This document shows, piece by piece, positions 39,462-49,192 of a DNA stretch of 64,000 nt. The notes under the pieces are model-generated. The model was not told where the DNA came from and did no database searches. It saw only the letters and a list, made by a program, of their open reading frames with translations. The DNA comes from Camelus ferus (Eukaryota): NCBI RefSeq assembly GCF_009834535.1, contig NC_045697.1, positions 39,682,001 to 39,746,000 of the forward strand, read 5' to 3'. Made by a program: the position numbers and the translations under genes. Numbering within the stretch: position 1 is the first letter of the stretch; each line of letters opens with the position of its first letter.

Positions 39462-39913
39462 ATTAGCCCGGATTATCCAGAGAAACAGAACAAATAGGGA
39501 GTGATTGTGCATGTGCACCGGTGTGTGTGTGTGTGTATATGTGTATATATACACACACATACACACATACATATACATATATATATACAGGGAGATTATA
39601 AAGAATTAGTTCATGCAATAATGAAGGCTCACAAGTCCCAAGATCTCTAGTCAGTAAGCTGGAGACCCAGAGAGCCAATGATGTAGTTCTAGCCCAAAAG
39701 CAGGCAGGCTCAAGACCCTGGAAGGGCTGATGCTTCCATTAGAGTCCGAAGGCAGGAGAAAATGGCTGCCCCAGCCCAAAGGCAGTCAGGCAGAAGGAGT
39801 ACCTCTTATTCAGCCTTTTTGTTCTATTCAGGCCTTCAGTTGATTAGATGAGACCCATGCACACCAGAAGGGCAATCTGCTTTACTCAGTTTCCTGAATC
39901 AAATGTTAATCTC
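39462..39913 (-). mobile_element. MLT2B-like LTR in reverse orientation, truncated by an L1
   Basis: 'tccagagaaacagaacaaatagg...gtcccaagatct...agggcaatctgctttactcagt' is antisense MLT2. Confidence 0.75.
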
Positions 39914-40797
39914 TGCTCAATATCGCTAATTATCAGAGACATGTAAATCATAACTACAACGAGGTATCACCTCACACAAGTCAGAATGGCCATCATTCAA
40001 AAAAGTCTGCAAACGATAAATGCTGGAGAGGGTGTTTTGAAAAGGGAACCCTCCCTACACTGTTGGTGGAAATGTAGTTTGGTGTGGCCACTACAGAGGA
40101 CAATATGGAGATTCCTCAAAAGACTGAAAATAGATTTATCATATGATCCAGCAATCCCACTCCTGGGCATACATACAAAGGGAACCTTAATTCAAAAAGA
40201 TGCATGCACCCTAATGTTCATAGCAGCACTATTTACAATAGCCAAGACATGGTGGTAACCTAAATGTCCATCAACAGAAGACTGGATAAAGAAGTTGTGG
40301 TATATTTATATAATGTAATATTACTCAGCCATAAAAAATAATAAAATAATGCATTTGCAGCAACATGGATGGTCTTGGAGACTGTTATTCTAAGTGAAGT
40401 AAGCTAGAAAGAGAAAGAAAACTATCATATGATATCACTCATATGTGGAATCTAAAAAAAAAAAAAAAAGACAAATTTATTTACAAAACAGAAACAGACT
40501 CACAGTCATAGAAGACAAATCTGTGGTTACCAGGGGGAAAGGAAACGGGAAGGGACAAATTAGATGCATGAGATTTGCATATACTGACTGCTATATATAA
40601 AATAGATAAACAAGTTTATACTGCATAGCACAGGGAACTATATTTGGTATCTTGTAATAGCTTACAGTGAAAAACAATATGAAAACGAATATATGTATAT
40701 TCATGTATGACTGAAGCATTGTGCTGTACACCAGAAACTGACATAACATTGTAAACTGACTATACTTCAATAAAAAATAAATAAAAATTTTAAAAAG
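39914..40797 (+). mobile_element. Relatively young L1: ORF2 end and 3'UTR
   Basis: ORF 39986-40258 resembles the L1 ORF2 C-terminus (CWWKC...WRFLKRLKIDLSYDPAIPLLGI); 3'UTR ends ctatacttcaataaaaaa. Confidence 0.9.
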
Positions 40798-40919
40798 ACA
40801 AACTTACTTATAGAACAAGAACAGACTCACATAGAAAACAAACCAGAAATTGACACAACACTGTAAACTGACTATACTTCAATAAATAAACAAACACACA
40901 CACACACAAAAGAAAAAAA

Positions 40920-42300
40920 GGTGGAAGAACTAGAGGAGCAATACAATTTTGGAAAAGAACTAAGAGGACTCTCATTACCTAACTTCATGACTTACTATTA
41001 TAAAGCTTCGGTTATCAAGTGTGGTATTGGTGAAAGGGACAGACACACAAATCAGTGCAACAGAACAGAAAGTCCAGAAATGGATCCACATGTATACAGT
41101 CAATTAGTTTTCAACAAATTTAAATGAGCAATTCAGTGGAGAAAGGACAGTGTTTTCAATAAATGGTACTGTATCAACAGACTATCCATATGCAAAAGGT
41201 ATATATTCCTATACCTCATGCCTTTATGAAAGATAGCTAACTCAATATGGATCAGAGTCTAAATGTGAAACTTTAAATTATAAAACTTCTAGAAGGAAAT
41301 GTAAGACCAAATCTTTATGGCTTTGAATTTGGCAAAGATTTCTTAACTATGACACCAAAAGCATAATCTATAAAGAAAAAATTAATAAAATGGATTTATC
41401 AAAATTTAAAATGTCTGCTTTTTGAAGACACTATTACAAAAATGAAAGGCAAGCCACAGGCTGGAAGAACATATTTACAAAACACATATCACACACAGGA
41501 CCTGTACCCAGAATATATAAAAACATTAAAACAGTTAATGAGAGTAAAAAATACAGTTTAGAAAATGAGGAAAAGATCTTAACAGACATTTTAACAAAAG
41601 AGATATATGAATGACACATAAGCACATTGGAAGATAGTATCATTAGTTATTATGGACACCAGACACAGCCCTTAGACTAAGGGACAAAAAAACCAAGTAA
41701 TACTAAATGCTCAGGAAGATGTGGAGCAACTACAGCTCTCATACATTGCTAGTATGAAAGCAAAATGGTACAGCCACTTTGAAAAACAATGTGGAAGTTT
41801 CTTATAAAGCTAAACCGACGTTTACCATCTGACCCAGCAATTCCACTTCTAGGTATTTACCCAAGAGAAATGAAAACCTTTGTTTACACAGAAATCTGCC
41901 GATGAACATTCTAAGCAGCATTATTCATAATCACACCAAAAAAAACCTCAAATGGGAATATTACTCATTAATAAAGAGGAACAAACACTACTATATGCAA
42001 CACCACCGATGAATCTCAAATGTATTATGCTGAATGAAAAAGACCAGGCTCAAAAGGCTACACGCATATGATTCCATTTATATGACATTCCATGGAAAAC
42101 AAAACAAAACAATTACAGTGACAGATAACAGATCAGCGGCTGCCAGGGCTGGCAGTAAGGGAAGGACTATGAGGGAATTTGGACGGGGGAATAAGGTTAT
42201 TGTTCAACAATTTGATTACCGTAGTGTTTTTGTCACATTATCCTGAAGAGCCTAAAATTTATAGTACATAATTTATATCTCAATACAGACTCTAAAAAAA
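40920..42300 (+). mobile_element. Older L1 (L1MB/MC-like) ORF2 and 3' region
   Basis: ORF 40921-41127 (GLSLPNF.TYYKASVIK...RHTNQCNRTESPEMDPHVYSQLVFNK) resembles L1 ORF2; degenerate 3' end near 42290. Confidence 0.85.
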
Positions 42301-43959
42301 GAGTAGCCTAGCTTATCACTAAGTTTAAAGATTTTTTAAAGAGGGAAAAATAAAAATTCTAAAAGATGGGCACACCTTGTCTGTCTCAAGCAAGTTAAGT
42401 TAAATGGATTTGATTAAAGTTTTGAGTTTTGTTTGGTGTTTTTAAACTGTGTCACAGCTTCTATACTATAGGAGTTAGAAGGCCTGGTTTCTGCCCCTGA
42501 TTCTGCCCATCAGGTGATATATAAAGTAAGAGAATATTTATTTCACTTTATTTTTCTGCTTCTAAGTTCCTTATTTTAAAAAATGAGAAAAAGCATTCCA
42601 AACCTCAAGAGGTGATACATGGAACATGTGAGTGACATATAGAACATGTGTAGTATCAGTTAACTAAATATAGATATATTATTTTAGCAAATTCAGTTAG
42701 GGTTAAGATTAAAATTTCAACTTTAACAAAACTCGGTCATTACAAATGGCAATAAGGAAACTGAAAGTAAATTATATGGAACAGAATTAAGAAAGTAAAA
42801 TAAATAACAGGATTCACAAGTACCAAAAAACCTAGGATATTGGCTAATGGCAATATATTGGGCCTTTTGTAAATAGTTACTTTATTTGGGGAAGGGCACA
42901 AAGATGTCCTTTTCTAAAAGAGAATATTATTGCACTTTATCTCTGCATTTTAATACATGCAATTTAATTATTTTGTAAACAAAACACTTATCAAATGCTT
43001 GCTAAGCGTCAGCAATAAAAGCTAAACATATTAACTAATTTAATACTCCCAAGAACAAAAAGCACAAAATGTACTTTGGGAAGTAATATTCTTAACATTC
43101 ATACGTTTCATGGAAAAACTTCAGCAAGTTCCAACATAAGAAAAGCATTTATATCAGTAATGCTGAGTTAGAAAACACTCCTGAAGGATCGTTTGTCTTC
43201 CACACCTAAAATATGCGCCCTCATCCTTCTTCAAGAAGCTATCGTTTTTTGGCTTAATAAAGAATTAAAATGTCTACTCATCTGACTATTAGAAAACAAG
43301 AGTTCGGTATTTAACACCTTTATTTGTGTTCTCAGATACAAATCACCAGCAAGACGCACAGAACAGAGGCTTAACTGCGGCGTGCCTTGGAAACAATGTC
43401 TGTGGGTAAACGTGTGTGTGTTTGTGTGGGGGTGCGTGTGTGTCCCCATTAACAGCAGTACTAAACACATGCTTCAAACCGGATAAGATGGGGGCGGGGG
43501 CCGTCCCCTGGGCCACAGGTGTCAGATAGTATTGCTTTCTTTGGCCCTCCTCCAGCTTTATTCCTCCTCACAGGATACAGATTCTTAAGAACCTTCTAGA
43601 ACATTCCATGATACCCGGGTTCCTGAGATTCCCGATCCAAACGTTTCAGGGTCCATCCTGCTGGGAAGAGACCCTGCCACCGGTATTCATGCCGCTAGGC
43701 TGATAAAGGGCCAAGAAGGGGGGGCGAGGGTGGGGGGAAGGGCATGCAAGCTACATTATCCCCTGCGCCCCCACCACGCACACAGGTCCCAAAGTGGGTG
43801 GAATGGAGTCAGCTCTTCCGCACCTCTACTTTCTGGGAAAAAATTCAGTGGAATCTGAGGTGATCAAAGCCGAGTAAGCCAGAGAGACTCCCTACCAAGG
43901 CCTACCAAATGCCAGCTACGGGGAGATGGCGACAAACGCCAAGCCAGATGCACTGCCAG

Positions 43960-44990
43960 ATGTAAGCACCTGCGTGGGCTTGAGGAGCGAACAGGCTGAG
44001 ACCGTCCACGCAGCTTCCGGAAAACTGCCGCGGACCCCCGCTGCCATTCCCCACCCCCGCTTTCGGGGGGGAGGGGTGCGTGGGCGGACGGGGGAGGGTA
44101 TCTAAGAGACGGGGACTGACGTCGCCCGCAGTGCGGGGGAGCCGGCCGGGTAGCAACAGGAGGAGGCTGGCGCCGTTCGAGGGCCCGACCATCAGCTGAT
44201 GCTGGGGAGCCAGTCAAGGGCCCGCGGGCGAAAGGGCGGGGCCGCGCCCACGTCACTGCCGCGGCCGACGTCAGCGCCGCTTGCCGCTTGCCGCAGCCGC
44301 AGGACCGCTGTGGTGCAGTCGGGTGCAGGTCTCTGCAGGAGCCAGCCTAGACCTCCGCGCTTCTTGAACATGGCCGACTCGGAGAACCAGGGCCCTGCGG
44401 AGCCAAGCCAGGCGGCGGCGGCAGCAGCGGAGGCGGCCGCGGCGGCAGAGGAGGTAATGGCGGAAGGCGGTGCGCAGGGGGGCGATTCTGACAGCGCGGC
44501 CGGCGACTCCGACGGCGCGGCCGGTCAGACGGCGGAGGAGCCCCAGACCCCTGCAGAGAATGCACCAAAGCCTAGGAATGACTTTATCGAGAGCCTGCCT
44601 AACTCGGTGAAATGCCGAGTCCTGGCCCTCAAAAAGCTGCAGAAGCGATGCGATAAGATAGAAGCCAAATTTGATAAGGAATTTCAGGCTCTGGAGAAAA
44701 AGTATAACGACATCTATAAGCCCTTACTTGCCAAGATCCAGGAGCTCACCGGTGAGATGGAGGGGTGTGCATGGACCTTAGAGGGCGAGGAGGATGAAGA
44801 CGATGATGAAGAGTATGAGGATGAGGAGGAGGGTGAGGAGGAGGAGGAAGAGGAGGAAGAGCCTGCGGCAGAGGCTGCGGCGGAGGCGGCAGCTGCCGCC
44901 AAAGATGAGGGTCCCCACTCCGCAGCGCCTGATGACGCCAAGTAAGCGGGGGCAGAGATTGCAGAGGAGAATGACGACGCAGATAACGCC
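43960..44990. promoter_or_regulatory. NAP1L5: CpG island / NAP1L5 promoter, orthologous to the maternally methylated germline DMR
   Basis: Dense CpG against a CpG-poor background; GC box GGGCGGGG at 44234-44241; CRE-like TGACGT sites at 44117 (+), ~44250 (-) and ~44268 (-); multiple TGCCGC hexamers. DMR status is known for mouse and human, not shown here. Confidence 0.85.
44370..44945 (+). CDS. NAP1L5: Nucleosome assembly protein 1-like 5, intronless retrogene, 191 aa
   Basis: MADSENQGPAEPSQAAA...NDFIESLPNSVKCRVLALKKLQKRCDKIEAKFDKEFQALEKKYNDIYKPLLAKIQELTGEMEGCAW plus an acidic tail; good Kozak context aacATGG; antisense inside a HERC3 intron as in human and mouse. Confidence 0.98.
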   Translation: MADSENQGPAEPSQAAAAAAEAAAAAEEVMAEGGAQGGDSDSAAGDSDGAAGQTAEEPQTPAENAPKPRNDFIESLPNSVKCRVLALKKLQKRCDKIEAKFDKEFQALEKKYNDIYKPLLAKIQELTGEMEGCAWTLEGEEDEDDDEEYEDEEEGEEEEEEEEEPAAEAAAEAAAAAKDEGPHSAAPDDAK

Positions 44991-46225
44991 CCCCTCTTTC
45001 TTTTTCTTTTTTAATACTGGTGGACTTGAAAAGGCTCAGGTTTTGGACCAAAATAACAACGTGAATCAATTCTGACATTCCTAAAATAATAATAAAATCG
45101 AAGCAATCTGATTTTGGCGAGCCCGTTTCAAATTTGATTTGCAATTTGAACACAGTAAATGTATCAAAAAGGTGTTGAAAACGAGTTAAATTTAAAATGA
45201 TTTTTTCATGATCTCTTCTGCGAGGACTGGAGATGAGACTTACTAAGGGTGTCAAGTAGATGTGAAGTAAAGAACGTCACTTTGAAACCCTTTCATCACA
45301 TTATCATTACACTACGCACGGAACACCTAAGCCAGGACCGAACATTTTCTCAATGCTTGATTCTTCAATTTCTTTAATCATGCAGTTTTCAGCGCAGAAG
45401 AAGGTGAACCCATGACAAATCTCAAATCTCATCTTTAAGACTTTGCTTTTGTAACCCAGACATCAGCTTTACACTTCAGAGAAGAGTGATGGAATGGAGG
45501 GAGCCGGTGCTGGAGATCATGACAGTACTGTTAATGAGGTCCAGAAAACTGCCACTTCAAATTATAAAGACTGTTCTGACTATTTGAATTTAGAGAAACA
45601 GCATGGTTCTGAGAAGGAGGGTGTATAACCTGTACAATATTGTCACCATATGTGTTCATTATTTACAGTCTCGTGCTTCTGTGTTTTCTTGGTAGTGTCT
45701 ACAAAGGTATAAAAAAAACCCAAATGTTTAAGTTTAAATCCCTTTACCTAGTATTTTAGAAATATTAATTTACATGAAAAGATGTAGAATCTAGTAAATT
45801 CTGTAAAGCATGTGTATCCAATGTTATGTACTTTGATCCTTGTGACGTCTTTCTGTCTTGTAGCTTTTAGAATGTAGCTGTGAAAATCATCAGAACTCTT
45901 CACTGAAGCTAATGTTTGGAAAAAATATATACTTGAAGAACCAATCCAACTGTGTGTCCCCACCCCCAGTTCAGAAGTAGAAAGGATTTAAGTTTGCTTG
46001 TGTTAGCTGTGCCTTCATTATTTTGCTATGTAAATGTGACATATTAAATATAAAATGGTGCATAATCAGATTTTACTGCTTGAGAACAGAATGGCCTACA
46101 GAAAAAGAATTTTCAGGAGGACACATTTAACGTAAAGACTCTTTGCTTCTTTGTGGGTTTTGAATTGTGTGACTCAGTGATCTATAAAGAAATATAAGCA
46201 TAAAGTTGTTTACCACTGTGGTGTT

Positions 46226-46231
46226 AATAAA
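46226..46231 (+). terminator. NAP1L5: NAP1L5 poly(A) signal
   Basis: AATAAA at the end of a ~1.3 kb repeat-free 3'UTR, followed by an A-rich stretch and then a MIR. Confidence 0.8.
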
Positions 46232-46264
46232 ATAGTATTTTCAAAAAACAAAAGGACTCAGTAC

Positions 46265-46482
46265 TCTGCCTACCTGGAATCAAATCCCAGCTCTGCCTCC
46301 TTTTAACAGTGAACTTGGGGCAATTTAGTTAATCTGCTCAGTTTCTCTTTACCTATAAAAGGAGATAGTAACAGCCCCTTCCTCACAGATTATTAGGGAG
46401 AACAAATTTCATTTACACAAAGCCCACAGAACAGTGTCTTGACACTAAGTGCTCAAGAAATTTTAGCTATTATTATTATTAC
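46265..46482 (+). mobile_element. MIR
   Basis: 'caaatcccagctctgcc...gaacttggggcaatttagttaatctgctcagtttctc...taagtgctcaagaaattttagctattattatt'. Confidence 0.85.
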
Positions 46483-47875
46483 ATGAAAGATAAAGACAAT
46501 TTGAAGTTCAATCCTCCTAAGTTACAAAAGGGGAGAAAATGCACATCATTATATTCTTAAGTTTATAATTTTTATTGTTAGAAAAGAATATGGCCTTTAA
46601 TTCATAAACACACGAAATTCAATAAACTGTCTTGTTTTGGTTTCCTCAGTATAAAAATCAGGGGTTCATTTCCTCCCAGAAAGGATAAGACTTTAGTGTG
46701 ACATTCTGAATATATAAAAAAGGTTAGTTCAACTTTACATCTGGGCATTCTAAATGAAGTATAAAATTAAAGACTCCAAAATTTTTTTAAACACAGATGT
46801 GTTTTCCTCCATTTCCCTTGAGGGTTAAAATTACTTAGAAGCAAAATGAGACTGTTTTACCTTAGGGAATGGAAGGAAGCTCTGACCTGTTGCTAATGGC
46901 AATAGTTGAGTAAAACCTTAAGGTAGTATTAATCTTCCTTAAGGCCAGGCCAACAAAAAGAGAAAGTCAAAATAATGTACTACATGAGACGACAGTGATT
47001 ACCTTAATTATATGTTTATCCTAAATAGGAGTAAAAAAAAAAAAAAGTAATAAAATTGAATATTAATTTCTTACCCCTAGGAATAAGAGACTCATTTAAT
47101 ATTTTTCTAGGTCCAGCAAAAAGGCAAAAATGAATGAAACAAAAAAGGTGTATAATTAGTAGGGAAACATCTTTTTGCTGGCATGTGATTATATATGGAA
47201 AACCCAAGAGAATGAACTGAAAGCTATCACATTCAATAAGTTTGAGGAATTGACCAGTTACCAGATAAATATATTAAAAACCAATAACTATTTCTAGGCA
47301 CTAATAATGATAAAGATGTATACAAAATTTCTTTACAGCAGAAATAAATCAAAATATTTATAAAAACCTCTACTAAAAATTGTGTATAACCTATGAAAAG
47401 AAAAAACATTATCACAAAGAAATGTACTAGAGGCCTTTGGATGGTAATACTGAGTATCACAAAAGTGTCAATTCTTCCCAAATTAACTTTTAATTTATCT
47501 AACTTCAAATCAAAACCCAAACTGGACCTGGAACCATATAATGACCTTAATCTTCACCTCTAAGAATATGGAAACAAGATTTTTACCTTAGACTACAGAC
47601 TCAAAAAATTTTTTTGACTGAAGAAAATACATTATTGAGTATTTATCAATTACTGGACAGGAAAGGCTTAAGTTTAGAATGATTTAAGACCAAAAGAAAT
47701 AATCAACAGACATGAGAACACAAAAATGAAATTATAAAGATTTAAACACACTCCACATTCTTAAAAGTAAACAGCAAACTGGGAATAAAATCTGCAGTAA
47801 ATACAGGTGGCAAAGGGTTGGTAGTTTTAATATAATAAAGAGTTCATACAAATCATATGAAAATCATTTAGTCTT

Positions 47876-48402
47876 TTTTTATGGGTTCCTAGAATTTATT
47901 ATGCTTATAAACTTAAAATACAAATGCTTATGGTATATTTAAAAAAATAATTTAAAAAATTTTTCAAAATTTGCTGATTCTTACTTTGTGGTACAGTCTG
48001 TGCTTGGAAACCAACACTGATATTTCTACCTCTAAATTATATTTAATACAGTACTGTCTTCATTATTTTGGTTATTCTTTTTACTGTCTATAATACCTAC
48101 ATGTATATACAAACATATTTTAGTTATATATGTAAAAGTACCTTTGGATCTCTGAGGGAAAAAAAAGCTAAATATAATAAAAAGTATTTACACTGACTTC
48201 CATATGTCTTAGTATCAGTGACTTAGATATACCAGTTCTATTTAAAAAAAATTTTTTAAGTATGGTTCAGTCAAAAGACATAGTATCTACAAAAAACAAG
48301 TAGCAAGCTGCTGTCAAACTAGGTTGATGATACCTTCAAGCTTAAGAATCAGTAGACTCTTAAGTTTGATAGAGGTTCAAGCTTTTATTTAGTTCAAGAC
48401 TA
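47876..48402 (-). pseudogene. Retroposed 5'-truncated mRNA 3'-end fragment of unknown parent
   Basis: 16-bp TSD AAAATCA(T/C)TTAGTCTT at 47860-47875 and 48403-48418; T-run at 47874-47880; TTTATT at 47895-47900. Confidence 0.75.
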
Positions 48403-49080
48403 AAAATCACTTAGTCTTAATAAGAAAATATGTAAAGGATATCAGCAGACTACTTTAAAAAGGGGAAATACTGCAGGCCTGTTTTGGACAAAGACCCACC
48501 CTGAGAGGGCAGCACGAAGTGGACCAGGCCTTCAGCAAGGTCTGGAACACACATGTCCCAGCTGGGTGCTCTGGCCAACAATCTTTCCTTCACTTCCAGT
48601 GAGACTTTAGCTGTGGGGTTTTCTAGCTACCAGTCACACCACTGTTGGCCACTTTTCTCAGGATACAGGCACATAAATGATGCACTTCATAATGTCAACA
48701 ATTTCCACCATTTCCTCACTGGGTTGATCTTTCCCCTCTGCTTCCTGCACTGCTTATTTGATAGTTCCTCAGGCAGCCATAAAACTTGCCTGTTAACATC
48801 TAGCAGGATACCCTCCCTTCAAGGCAGGTCAAACATTCTAGTTCGTAAGCCATTCTTAGTCCATTATAGGCCCAAATTAGTAAGCAAGACACAACATAAC
48901 CGGCAGAAAGAAAGGCAACATGCATTACGCATTCAAGTCAGTTCTCTAAGAGCATCACGCAGAAGGCTACAGCCTGCCAAAGCTCACTGCCCGAGCAAGG
49001 CACACACAGCGGCTCCTCTGCCTGAGAGTTCACATCCAAGCACACAGACACATTGCCAGTGCGCACACATACACGAACAC

Positions 49081-49192
49081 ATTTTTTTTATTGAGGTGAA
49101 TTTCACAAAACATAATTAGCCATTTTAAATGAACAATTCCATGGCATTTAATACACTAACAGTAGTGTGCAAGGATCATTTGTATCTAATTC
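49081..49192 (-). mobile_element. L1MB-like 3' end fragment
   Basis: 'tttttttattgaggtgaatttcacaaaacataattagccattttaaatgaacaattc'. Confidence 0.7.

Noticed and set aside
43864..45255. Minus-strand ORFs overlapping NAP1L5 (73-169 aa)
   Set aside because: Explained by GC-rich, low-complexity sequence lacking stop codons; poly-Ser and poly-Pro are antisense reads of the Glu/Ala codons.
48553..49119. 188-aa + strand ORF as a novel gene
   Set aside because: No promoter or recognisable domain, and it runs into an L1 tail; more likely an antisense shadow of a decayed element.
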